NCBI GenBank assembly: GCA_037447605.1
Contig: CM074813.1
Coordinates: forward strand, 2,604,001-2,668,000
Reading direction: 5' to 3'
Length of the DNA stretch: 64,000 bases
Source: Zygnema circumcarinatum SAG 698-1b
Taxonomy: Eukaryota; Plantae; Zygnematophyceae
The first letter of the stretch is position 1. The number at the start of each line of letters is the position of its first letter. Made by a program: the position numbers and the translations under genes. The notes under the pieces are model-generated. The model made no database searches and was not told the origin of the DNA. It saw nothing but the letters and a program-made list of their open reading frames with translations. Positions 1 through 12,430 of the stretch are shown here, in pieces.

Positions 1-119
1 TCTCTGTCTCTCCCTCTCTTTTTCTCTTTCTCTCTCTCCACAGCTCACTTGGCGTCTGTCTCTCTTCTCCTTCCTCTGTCTCTCCCCCTTTCTCCCCCGT
101 CCGTCCTTTCTTCTGTCTC

Positions 120-1090
120 CTAATCCTTACTCTCTTTTCTCTCCTCCTCCCTCCTCTCTCCCGGTCCTTCTCCCACCACCTCTCGTTGCCACCTCTCCTT
201 CCGTGTCCCTTTCCCTCCCTCCAGCTCCACTCCCTTTCCTGGTCCTTTCTTCCTTCTCCACCTCCTGCCTGCCTCTCTCTCTCTCCCTTCCTCCTTCCCC
301 TTCCTCTCCCTCTCCCACTCCCTCCCACTCCACCCCACCTTATCCCCTCCCTCCCCCCCCCTCTCGCCCTCCCTCCCTCTCTCTCCCTCCCTCCCTCTCT
401 CTCCCTCTCTCCCTCCCTCTCCCTCCCTCCCTCTCTTTCCCTCCCTCCCCCTCTCTTCCTCCCTCCCACTCTCTCCCTCCCTCCCCCTCTCTCCCTCCCT
501 CCGTCTCTCTCCCTCCCTCCCTCTCTCCTCCTCCCTCCTCTCTCCCGGTCCTTCTCCCACCACCTCTCGTTGCCACCTCTCCTTCCGTGTCCCTTTCCCT
601 CCCTCCAGCTCCACTCCCTTTCCTGGTCCTTTCNNNNNNNNNNTCTCTCCTCCTCCCTCCTCTCTCCCGGTCCTTCTCCCACCACCTCTCGTTGCCACCT
701 CTCCTTCCGTGTCCCTTTCCCTCCCTCCAGCTCCACTCCCTTTCCTGGTCCTTTCTTCCTTCTCCACCTCCTGCCTGCCTCTCTCTCTCTCCCTTCCTCC
801 TTCCCCTTCCTCTCCCTCTCCCACTCCCTCCCACTCCACCCCACCTTATCCCCTCCCTCCCCCCCCCTCTCGCCCTCCCTCCCTCTCTCTCCCTCCCTCC
901 CTCTCTCTCCCTCTCTCCCTCCCTCTCCCTCCCTCCCTCTCTTTCCCTCCCTCCCCCTCTCTTCCTCCCTCCCACTCTCTCCCTCCCTCCCCCTCTCTCC
1001 CTCCCTCCGTCTCTCTCCCTCCCTCCCTCTCTCTTCCTCCCTCCCACTCTCTCCCTCCATCCCCCTCTCTCCCTCCCTCCCTCTCTCAAG
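120..1090. repeat. CT-rich low-complexity intron with a ~506-bp direct duplication either side of a 10-N gap (634-643)
   Basis: The same block (ctctctcccggtccttctcccaccacctctcgttgccacc...) starts near 155, 540 and 660; duplicated ORF text at 203 and 709. Confidence 0.8.
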
Positions 1091-1118
1091 CCACTAACGC
1101 CTCTCTCCTCTCCTGCAG

Positions 1119-1850
1119 CCTTTGTGGAAGCTCTGGACAAAAGTTTTGAGAGCGTGTGCGAGCTCGACCTTGTCTTCAATTTCCCGCGGGTACATCCTTC
1201 ACCGGAAAACATGAAACCTATTTTCTTTTGTGAAAGAAAAGTCCTTCACATATTTCAAACTCTGAGACCCGAACGTATTTGTCAGCCTTTTCATTTTTAT
1301 CACGTTTTTCGTTTTTTTTTTAATATGGGGTCCACGTTATTGATCTTTTTTTTCTTGTTTTTTGGAACATCAGGTTCACCAAATTCTTGATGAGATGGTC
1401 ATGGGCGGACATGTCCTGGAAACCAACACCGTGGAGGTCATGAAATCAGTTACAGAAATGCAAAAGTGAGGGGGTTCTATGCTCATTCCGTTCCGTTCTA
1501 TGCTAAAGGCCAAGTTCCATGCTGTCCCAATGTAGCAAAATCTTCAAAATCCGTTGCATGGAACTGTGAAGCGTCTGCATGAATCGTTTGATGGTTTGAA
1601 AGGAAGTTCTGAAAGCGCTCATATCTATGAATTGAAGGGTCTATTGTATAAGTATTGGCAGTTTCTTCTTAAGCAAACATTCAATCTAAACAAGAGAAAT
1701 TATATAAAGGAATGCTATGCAGGCTTGTTGCTTAAGATCGTTGCCTTTCTTGAATGTCCGCGATCTGCCTTTCTTTGTGATGATAGGTTGGAGAAAAAGC
1801 CGGATCCTTCTCCCACTCCAATACGGCCTCGAGGTGCAGCGTATAGATAG
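1119..1850 (+). CDS. AP3S: AP-3 complex sigma subunit, last three exons (1119-1189, 1374-1465, 1787-1850); 5' part outside the window
   Basis: Spliced translation AFVEALDKSFESVCELDLVFNFPR|VHQILDEMVMGGHVLETNTVEVMKSVTEMQK|LEKKPDPSPTPIRPRGAAYR* matches the adaptin small-chain C-terminus. LDLVFN and GGxVLETxxxEVMKxV fit sigma-3 better than sigma-1/2/4. GT-AG junctions keep phase; CTAAC branch site near 1094. Confidence 0.85.
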
Positions 1851-2916
1851 TGAGAGAGAAGGAGAGGAGAGAGGTAGAGAGAGAGTGACAGTGAGAGAGA
1901 GGGCGAGGAGGGCGGGTGGGAGGGGAAACCTGAGCTAGAAGCAGAGGGAGAGAGTGAAGCAGAGGGTGGGAGAGAGGCGAGTGGGAGAGAAGGGGTGAAA
2001 ATCTGATAGATTTAGGTCGAATTCAGTGAGCAGAATAAGCGCAGTTAGGGTTCTTTTCTATGAGTTTTAGTTTTGCAGAATGTAAAGGTGGTCATCGCTG
2101 TTGTGTTCCACGGAAACAGTTGTACATAAGAACAGCAGGGGGGCGGCGGGTTCAGGGTTCAGGGTTTGAAGATTTAGTGCTGGTGGTAAGAAGATAAAGT
2201 TTTCCCCCATCAAACTGTCTACAAAACTTGAAAAAAAAAAAAAATTATTGGAGTTCGAGTTGAAAATGTAGCCGCTTTGATTTTGGCTTTTGAGAGTCAT
2301 GGAATTTTTGCTTCTGCTCGGAAAAAAAGGCAATTTTTCAGTACCCCCAACATCACTTTCGGATGATGTTGGGGTTGTTGTTGTTGTCGATGTTGTCGAT
2401 GTTCGACGTCGATATTGACATCACGTGATGCACGACCGTCGCAACATCATCACCAATTATTGGAAATTATTGCGATACGATGTATCTCGTTCCGATACTC
2501 GCACGTGTAACGGCCAACCGGCCGTTTCCGCCTTCTGCTGGCGCGATCGGACGGCTGGGAGCGACCGATCTCGCCGCGGGCAGCGATTGGGTCACGTGGC
2601 ACCCTAAATCAAAAATAGGCTCCCTTCGGTCACATGATCGGGGCCGCCCCCCTAATACCCCATTTGTACCTGTCGTAAAGTGAATTATTTGTCGAACTCG
2701 GTGGCGGGTTTGTGACGGTTTGCTGATTCGGAGTTGCTGACCAGAATTGGAAGGGGGCGGCAGTACTGGTTGCTGTCTGGGAGGAGGGAGAGGAGAGAGG
2801 GGGAGAGGGGGGGAAAGGAGAGGCCGAGGGAAGGGAGGGGGTCTGCGTGTGGACGTCGGTGCAAGACGAAAGAGGTAAGGAAAGGCGCTCCTGTAGGAGT
2901 GATCTCTCTCTCCTTT

Positions 2917-2967
<51 letters not shown>

Positions 2968-3404
2968 TCCCTTGTGGTTTCAGTCAGTTTCTTTCCTCTA
3001 TTTCGCTCGTTCACTCTCTCCCTTTGGCCTCGTATCTGCCGCGGGCACTGCTGCCCTACAAAATCCCTCACCGAGAAGCGGGCAGGTCAGGGCTAAGGTA
3101 GAAGAACGATCTCACGCTCTTTTCAGAGCCTTGGTTCCAGAATTAGGGCTAGCGCGGGATCTGGAAAGATGTTTACTCTCGCCTCCCGTCTCTCCCGGGA
3201 TGTGCTCTCTCCCCCCCCCTCTCTCTCTGCATCCCTCTCTTACTCCTGTCCCTCCTCCCTCGCTACGTTCCTCTTTCTCTTTCTCTTCCTCGCTTACCTT
3301 GCGTTGATCAATCCTCATCCATCCACTCTCTCTGCACTTGGACGCAGCAGCGCTAGGTATTTAGGAAGGACAGGGAAGGAGGAGTCCCTGCTTTCCCGGC
3401 CGCC

Positions 3405-6099
3405 ATGGCTGCCGCGGAGATGATGGACCTCTTCCGGTCGGAGGAGATGCAGCTCGTGCAGCTCATCATCCCCGCGGAGTCCGCCCACGACACCATTACC
3501 TACTTGGGCCAGCTGGGCCTCCTGCAGTTCAAAGATGTAAGCGTTTTCTTCTCACAGAATTATTAATGCTTATGATCATCTTTCTGGTGTATTTCCTGCA
3601 TGTTTTTCCTGCAGCTCTTTCTTGCTCACAAGTCTCTGCCTTTGTCCTTGATTCTGATTGTCGCGTATCGGGATTCCGGTGCAGCTGAATCCGGACAAGA
3701 GCCCTTTCCAGCGAACATATGCAAATCAGGTATCCACTTTTTATCTTCCATTCTGTTTTTAGCTCTTGTTGGTGTTCTGCGCGTTTGAATCATTGCAGAT
3801 TGCAAGCTTTTGATTGAGGACAAGTTGGTGACGTTCAATGTTTTCAACTCCGTCTCTCCAACTCTTTCCAACTCTCGCTCTCCTCTCTCTCTTTCTCTCT
3901 CTCTCTGTTCCACATTCCAATCTTCAGCCTTGTCTGCCCGATATAGGTCGTTTTCGGGCGTTATGAAATGCACGAGGCTGAATGCTTGCCGGATATCGTG
4001 ATGTGGTTTGTTTGCAAAACTTTAGGTCAAGCGATGCGCAGAAATGGCCCGGAAGCTGCGCTTCATTACTGAGCAGGCGAACAAGGCAGGAATTCCGCTG
4101 CGGCTGAGCTCACCTACAGATGATAGCGTCGATTTTGACGATCTAGAGGTGAGAATGTTTTAGGGTTTTCCATCCTTATTTCTCCAGTTCTGCCGTGCCT
4201 TTGGGGTTGTTCCTGTTCCGTTTTCCCCTTCATCTCTTCTTATTCCTGCTCCGCCTTTTGATTTGTTTCTGCAGATCAAGATGAATGAATTGGAGACCGA
4301 GCTTCTGGAGGTGAATGCCAACAACGAGAAACTCGAGCGCACGAAAAACGAGCTCACTGAAATGCAGCTCGTGCTCGAGAAGGTGCATTTTTTGCTTCCT
4401 GGGATTCAGCTTAGTCTTTTTCTGTCGTCTTTTTCCTGTCACCTAAACCGTTGTCTAAACAGTGCCTCGTCCTTAATGGGCGTAGACTGCTTTTCCTTTA
4501 TCGATTTTGTGTTTCGTTTAGAGTGTTTATGATTTTTAGGGTTCGAGGGTTGGCAAATGAATCTATCACTTCCTTCTGTTATTCTGTTCTCCCCTAGTTC
4601 AATGTTCTGTCATGAGTACAAAAGCAATAGGGCTTGTTTCTTACACAAGACTGTGAACTTATGCCTGTGCCTTCTCCCTCTCTCTCTCCCCCCAACCTCT
4701 CTCTCTCTCTCTCTCTCTCGCCAGGCGGGTGCATTCTTCACATCTGCAAGACAGGACGCCACTGCCCATCAGAAGGAGCTGGAAGAAGCTTCTTCATCTG
4801 GAGAAACCATGGACGCCCCCCTCCTTTTGGAGCAGGTATTTCCCCCTTTCAGCTCTTCACACCTTTCTTCACAGACTATCCCTATCATGTCAACGAAAAA
4901 CTCAACAACAACTGTCAACTTTTCTTTGAATCTAAGTCTCGCCAGCCTAGCACAACCATCCATGTGACCTCTCATCAAGCCCAATAAAAATTTCAGAATG
5001 CATATAACTGCCAACCTTCAAACAGCTGCTATATGATCTGCCTCCAAGAACCATGCACTCTGTTGCTGACCTCTCGCTCACCCCCCTCCTCCCCCTCTCT
5101 CTCTCTCTCTCTCCCACATTGCAGGAGATGCAAATCGACCCCTCAAAGCAGGTCCGACTCGGCTTCGTGACCGGTCTCGTGGCTAAAGCAAAAGCTGCTG
5201 CTTTTGAACGCGTTCTTTTCCGTGCCACACGTGGGAACATGTTCCTCAAACAGGCCACTGTTGAAGAGGGGGTGGTCGACCCTGCATCGGGGGATGAGGT
5301 GCAATTCCGCACTTTCGTTTTGAATTTTAGGTTTTTGCTGTAATCTATAGGTCTTTTTCTTATTGAGTTAAAGTGAAGTTGAAACGTAGATTTGTTGCTG
5401 GTTGTGAGGTGTTTGGCAACATTTTAATATGCAGTTTAGAAAGGCTTTTTCTTGTGTATTGTGGCCTGATGACTTGGACTGCAATGGTTAGGGTTTCACT
5501 GCATTTTTAAATTGGAAAAGAAATTGCAATTTCTCAGTTTCTGGAGAAATGTGTAAACTGGTTAGTTCTCACTTCTTCCAGTTTTCAGGCATGTTCTCAA
5601 TGGGCCACGAAAACCTTGTCCTTTCCTTGTCCTTTTCCATTTCCTGTTCATGCAGGTTGAGAAAGTTGTCTTCGTCGTATTCTATGCTGGAGAACGAGCG
5701 AAAGCAAAAATCACTAAAATTTGCGAAGCCTTTGGGGCAAACCGCTACCCCTTTCCTGAGGAGTCACTAAAGCAGAAGCAAATGAGAAATGAGGTTTCCC
5801 TCTCGCCCCCTTTTCTCCCTCTCTCCTTCTCTCTCTCTCTCCCCTACCCTCTCTCTTGCTGTTGTGGACTGTGTTTTTAGAAAAAGCAAGCGCTTGTAAA
5901 GGTTGTAAAGTTGAGATCATGAGATTTAGGGTTTCTATTTTGTTGGGCTCACAGGTTAACTCGCAGCTTGTGGATCTGGATTCCACCATTGAAGCGGGCC
6001 ACCGCCACAGGAACAATGTGCTCACTTCGGTCGGATACTACCTCAACCAGTGGGCCGAACTGGTTAGTGCTCTCTCTCTCTCTCCCTCTCTCTCTCTCC

Positions 6100-6132
<33 letters not shown>

Positions 6133-9083
6133 ACACTCTCTCTCTCTCTCTCTCTCTATCTTTCACTTTGACCACTCGCCCACTTGAACTTTGCTCCCTT
6201 CCGCAGGGCAAATAGACGCAATCAAGCATATACATGGACTTGGTAGATGTCTTCGGGTCTAGCCTCCTTCAATGTAATTGAAACCTGACCTAAAATTATC
6301 CTGAATAAGAAAAGTTATTTCTTTCAAATAACCTATTTTCTTCCTTCCTCTGCAGGTCCGACAAGAGAAAGCGGTCTACCACACACTGAATATGCTCAGC
6401 ATTGACGTCACGCGTAAGTGCCTCGTGGCGGAGGGCTGGTGCCCTGTGTCGGCTAAGGGCCAGGTAAGCCTCTCTCTCTCTCTCTCTATCTCTATCTCTC
6501 TCTCCTCCCTCTCTTTTCTCTCTTCTCTCTTCCTTGTTCCATCTTCCTCATTTCCCTCTCCTCCTTCAGAGATGGTTCTCTGTGGCGGTCACAGCTTAAC
6601 AGACCCCACTCCCTTTCTCTCCTTGTGTCCCTTTCCCTCTCTCTCGTCCTTCGCCCCCTCCTCCCCCTCCTTCAACCCCCCGGTTCTCCTTCCCATTGTT
6701 GTCCTTCTAGAGTGGTAGACCTCTTCAGTCAAAGCCTTCTAAAAAAGGAGCAGCTCAGCTCAGCTTTGCTTCGCCCTTGTTTCCATTTACACCGACAACA
6801 CTATCATCTCCCTTAAATCGATAATACCAACCTATAGGTGTCGAAACTAGTACTATCTACGTGTATCTCACTCCCCCGATTTGATTATCTATGTCTGTTA
6901 AACAAAATCGGCTTATCACTACCATGTTTGGCCCATTATGTATAGCGAGACTAAAGCCTGTGATGGTCTACATGGGGTGCAGATTCAAGATGCACTTCAG
7001 CGTGCTGCCTTAGACAGCAGCGCACAAGTGGGAACAATTTTCCAGCCTCTCCACACAAAAGAAGCACCGCCCACTTACTTTGTTACAAACAAAGTGACGG
7101 GCTCCTTTCAGGGGATTGTGGATGCGTATGGGTAAGACTGGAATAAATTTGGGAAAAATCCTTTTTTTGGGTTCTTTGTACATAGTTATGGTTGGGCTCA
7201 TGGTTTTGTGTGTTTCTCTGTGTCTTTTTGTAAAGAACTGTGTTTCTGTTCTTGTAATTTCGTTCTGTTTTTTGAGTTTATTTTACTTTTCGCCATATTT
7301 TGCAGCATTGCGCGGTACCGCGAGGCCAACCCCGCCGTGTTCACGATCGTCACTTTTCCGTTTCTGTTCGCGATCATGTTCGGAGATTGGGGCCATGGAA
7401 TCGTCATGCTCGCTGCCTCCCTGTGGCTCGTGCTCAACGAGAAGAAGATGATGGGACAGGTCTCTCTCTCTCTCTCTCCCTCCATCTCCCTCTCCCTCTC
7501 CCTCTCCCTCTCCCTCTCTCTCACTCTCCCTCCCTCCCTTTCTCTCTATCTTTCGCTTGCTTTCTTCGCGATGCACTTCCCGTTGTCCCCCTACCTCCCT
7601 TGCACCGCAATCTCTCTGTCGTCCTTCCGCCCTCCCTCTCTTCATCCCCCGATATTATCATTCCCCGGTCTTAAGACCTTGGAAAGCATACAAAATCAGA
7701 ACACTTCTATCTATTGAGGTTCCAAGCAGCCCCCTTATTCGCCCTTTCCTTGTTACAAATCCTAGACTCTGAATAGGTTTTGAATTCATCACAGGTTAGT
7801 AGGAGCAAAATCAGCAAACCAGAAAGATGCAACATTTCACAGAATTGAACATCACTCTTGAAAAGCCCTTCCATACTTTCAGGGTTCCAAAAGCTCTCCC
7901 GAAATTTATTAGTAATTAGTATTCCTTACTGATTCGCAAAGCATTTCTTTCATCCAATATTCTCTGCCTTTGCTCATCTGTGTACTAACCTGTCCAACAT
8001 GGATCGCTGTTTTGCGTGTTACAGAAACTGGGTGATATCATGGAACTTGCCTTTGGCGGACGCTATGTCATTCTTATGATGTCCATTTTTTCAATTTACA
8101 CGGGGCTCATATACAATGAGTTTTTCTCTGTCTCATTTCCGATATTTGGCCCGTCTGCATACAAATGCGAATCCACCGACTGCAGGTAGGTCTGTGTGGG
8201 AGTTTCAAGAATTTAAATTCAATTCAAGTTGAATTTACTGATTGAATTTACTGTTTTTTTTCGTTATGTTAGTGTCCTATACCTTTGCCTCTCCTCCCGC
8301 CGACCTCCCTCTGATTTCTCTTCTTCCCTCCACTCCCTTCTTCTCTCTCTCATTCCTCTCCTGCACTCCCCCCACTCTCTTTGCTTTTCTCTACCTCGCG
8401 CTCTCCCACTGCTTCTACCCGTTCTCCCTCCCTCTCCCTCTCCCTCCCCTCCTCCCTCGCAAAGTGCATCTCTGTTGCCGAGAACTAATTGCAGCGTTCT
8501 GTTCTCTCTTATTCTCTCTTGTGTTATTTTAATTCTTCTATATTCTCTCCTATTTTTAAAACCTATTCCAGCACTGCCTCCACCACGGGACTCGTGAAAA
8601 CTGAGGGGTACACATATCCCTTCGGATTGGACCCGGCATGGCACGGATCCACTTCCGAGCTTCCGTTCACAAATTCCGTGAAAATGAAGATGTCCATCTT
8701 ACTGGGAGTTTCCCAAATGATGTTGGGGATTGTGTTGAGTTACATGAATGCGTTGTACTTCCACCTGCCTCTAAACATTTGGTAAGCTCTAATGTCCTGC
8801 TTTCATGCTTTACCTTCCTAGAATTTTGAGTTTCCAATGGTAGTTGAGTTCGTACACTTTCAAGAGCTGGTCAACCTTTCACCTCTCGAATCCCTTACAA
8901 CCTTCCTAGACCTTCTTGCAACTCTGCACATGCATTAACATACAATAGCGTAAACAACCATCTATATACATGTATGTTAAAAAATGTGGGGAAAAGGAAA
9001 GAATCGAGAAACTGTCATCCCCTAACTCTCTTTCTCTCTCTCTCTCTCTCCCTCTCTCTCTCTCTCTCCCTCTCTCTCTCTCT

Positions 9084-9116
<33 letters not shown>

Positions 9117-11067
9117 GCTCTCTCCCTCTCTCTCTCTCCCCCCCTCTCCTTCTCTCTCTCCCTCTCTCTCTCTCCCCCCCTCTCTCTCTCTCCCCCTCTC
9201 TCTCTCTTCCCCCCCCTCTCTCTCTCTCTCTCTCTGTGAGAGACAGGTACGAGTTCATCCCCCAGGTCCTCTTCCTGGGCGGCATCTTCGGCTACCTGTG
9301 CCTCCTCATCCTCCTCAAGTGGTGTTCGGGCTCACAGGCGGACCTCTACCACGTCATGATCTACATGTTCCTCAGTCCCACGGACGACCTGCTGGCCAAC
9401 CAGCTCTTCCCCGGTCAGAAGTATGTGCAGGTCAGAAACACCGCTCTCTCCCTCTCTCCTCTCTCCCTCTCTCCTCTCTCCCTCTCCCACTCTCTCTCCC
9501 TCTCCCGCCGCGATTATGTTGTAATGACAGAGACCCATTCTTCTTCTGTTGGAACTGCAGATCACGTTGGTCATTGTGGCCCTTATCGCCGTCCCGTGGA
9601 TGCTTCTCCCAAAACCTCTTATTTTGCGCGCACAGCACCTGCAAGTATGTCTCCTCTAATCAGCTGCTTTGCCCCCGCTTTCAAGCTTACTCTCCCGTTT
9701 CCTACCACCCAGTTCCCCCCTCATCTCCCCGCCCTTCTACAACCACTTCGCCACTATCCTTCTCCCCTCTTTATTCATTTCCCTCTCTTATTTCTCCCTT
9801 CTTTTTCCTATTATTCTCATCTCTTTCTCTCTACAGAAACTGCAAGGCCGTACATATGGAGTTCTTGGTGGCTCCGACACGGAATCGTTGACAGAGGGTG
9901 GTCACGAAGAGCACGAAGAATTTGATTTTTCGGAGGAAATGGTTCATCAGATGATTCACACCATTGAGTTTGTTCTCGGAGCTGTGTCCAACACTGCCTC
10001 GTACCTTCGACTTTGGGCGCTGAGGTGAGGAAAAGTGTTTATTCTGATTCTCTCTCTCTCTCGCTCTCTCTCTCTCTTTCTCTGTGTCTCCCTCTTTCCT
10101 TTGTTTGTATTATAGTTGTTGTTTGGAAGGAAAGTACTGTGAAATCAGCGTGGATGGCTAAATTGGCGCTGAATGGATGGGGCCGTTAAGAAAGTGGACC
10201 AGAGGGTCGTATGCTGGTATGGGAGATTTGAGAATTTGAGGGGTCGATTAGATTGCAGGGTTTAATAGTTTTCAATGTGAGGGGGCTTATATTTGTTGTT
10301 TTCACATTTAGTGTTTGCTTTTCAAGGCTTTAGGACACAAGGACTCTTTCCTCTGGAGGTTTCCCCTTTTTGTTTCCCTGTTTAGTGTTGTTTCCTTTTG
10401 TTTATACTGTTGTTTCCTTTTGTGTTTTTGCCCTCCTCGCAGTTTGGCGCATTCCCAGCTTTCTGCCGTATTCTACGAACTTGTCCTGCTGCAAGCTGTC
10501 GAGTAAGGCCTTGTTCCCATCCTGCCTTCCAGGTTTAGGAATGCTTCTTTAACACGTGTTTTTCCCTTACTCTCAAACTCCCCTCCCTCCCCATGCCTCT
10601 CTCTCTCACTCTCTCTCTCACTCTCTCTCTCGCGCTCTCCCTCTTTCCGTCCATTCCTCGTTCCCTCTCTCCCTCCTTCCCTCCTTTTCTCTCTCCCACC
10701 CGCACACCCCCGTCCTGGGTGCACAGCCTTCTATCATTTTCCCAAATCTTTACCCCATTTTCAACCGGACTTTCCATACGTGTGCCTCTAAATCTCTCTA
10801 CCCGTTCTTCTTTCACTCCAAAAACTAACTTATTTTTGCAATTCGCTGCTGTTTAATTTCAGGACTGGCAACCCCGTGTTCATGGTGATCGGGTTCATCG
10901 TGTTCGCATTCGCCACTGTGGGGGTCCTCCTCGTCATGGAGACGCTCAGCGCCTTCCTGCACGCCCTCCGTCTGCATTGGGTCGAGTTTCAGAACAAGTT
11001 CTACCAAGGGGACGGCTACAAGTTCGAACCCTTCTCATTCTCCGGGCAAGCAGAGGAAGAAGAGTAG
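3405..11067 (+). CDS. VHA-a: Vacuolar H+-ATPase V0 subunit a (~18 exons)
   Basis: [44 protein letters not shown]|[15 protein letters not shown]... [32 protein letters not shown] ... [34 protein letters not shown] ... [32 protein letters not shown] are hallmark subunit-a motifs; all junctions read as GT-AG. Confidence 0.97.
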
Positions 11068-11744
11068 TTCCATCTCCTCCGTTCCGTTAAGCGTGCAACG
11101 GATACTGCATGCGTAGGTTGTGCGCCGTCAGGCAGGCTGAAATTGGGGTGGGAATGTGTCAAATAGTAGGGGCCCGAAGATTGAAATTGAGAAAACAGAT
11201 ATTGTGATTTAATTTGTTTAGACTCTCAGCCCAAAAAAGCAGGCTTGGTAAGTGCGTAGCCGATTCTCTGTGAGCAGAGCCCTCAACCCCACTTTCCCTC
11301 CATATGCTGCCAACGTTCTGCTTTGCTTATAGAAGAGAGAGGTCCTTTCTTGGAAGGATTGGGTTAGGTTCGCAACGCACCCTTTAGGATGGGGCCGTAA
11401 AAGCATCTGTATGTATTTTCTTTAACTTTTTTTTTTCACAATGTATGAGCAATCTTAAAGCGATGTGGATTGGGCATTGGTCTCAAGACGGCGATGCCAA
11501 AAAATCAGACAGAAATATTGGTCACACGACGATCGCAAGTCAAAGTGCCTCAGACCGACGGTCAGCGGCGCACCATGGCCCAATCGGTGCGGCCAATTCA
11601 CAAATCAACGGCCACGATCCGACCCAAGTGTCCCAAGCGCATGCGCATGGAAACTTGTCAAACTGCGAACAGAACAGTCTGCCAACTACAGATCCATGTT
11701 CATGGAACGACACAAAAGGCCTTTGGGTCAATGCGGAAATTCTG

Positions 11745-11945
11745 ACCGTCCGATCAAATTGGATACAATAATAACCGTCCGATCTAGTTGGATGAATTCC
11801 TCACCGTCCGATTAAACTGGCTGCAATCCTCACCGTCCGAGTGCCTGCTGCAATCTTGACCATCGGATCGATTCTTGACCGTCCGATAGAACTGGATGCA
11901 ATTTTGACCGTCCGATCGAGCTGGAGTCGTCCGATCCACCAATCA
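11745..11945. repeat. 29-bp minisatellite with ACCGTCCGAT core (~8 units) between VHA-a and UTr
   Basis: Core starts at 11745, 11774, 11803, 11832, 11859 (variant), 11878, 11907 and ~11926 (partial). Confidence 0.85.
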
Positions 11946-12006
11946 GAGGCCGTCCAAAACGTGGCGCCCTCTCATAGGGACAGTTGACTTCAGGGACTTT
12001 GATTCT

Positions 12007-12066
12007 GTACGTACGTACGGACATAAGTACGAATTCGTACTTGTGTACGAACAGACTCATTGTACG
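12007..12066. promoter_or_regulatory. Cluster of seven GTAC cores (SBP/SPL-type sites) including an 18-bp palindrome
   Basis: GTAC at 12007, 12011, 12015, 12027, 12037, 12045, 12062; AAGTACGAATTCGTACTT at 12025-12042. Function is inferred. Confidence 0.5.
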
Positions 12067-12430
12067 AACGTCTCCCTCTTGAGCGGCGAAGGCGGTGAGC
12101 TCCGGCCATGGCGCCAGAAGGGAAGGGCCAATTTGTAAATTTTTTAGTAGGTAAAGCTTTGAACATCTGAATCTTAAGCTTATCTTTGTTCCAGGGTTCA
12201 GGGACAGGCCGGTCCACGTGGGCAGCAAGGGCTCAGAAAATCTGGCAGTCGCACTTGCAGGGTTTTGGAGAGTTTCAGCTCTCCGGCTGCTTCTGGGAAC
12301 CGAAAAGGTCGAGTTTCAGAGGAATTTAGGGTTCATGGTTTTGGGTTTGTGAGCTTTCTGGGGTGCAGAATTCCCAGGCGGCCTGAGGGGGCTTGCCCTG
12401 CAACTTTAGGTTTCAAACTTTGGCGGTGAA

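Noticed and set aside
120-1100. Long Pro/Ser/Leu- and Glu/Arg/Gly-rich ORFs and a ~506-bp duplication
   Set aside because: The ORFs are translations of CT/GA microsatellite in an AP3S intron. The duplication straddles a 10-N gap and is most likely an assembly overlap.
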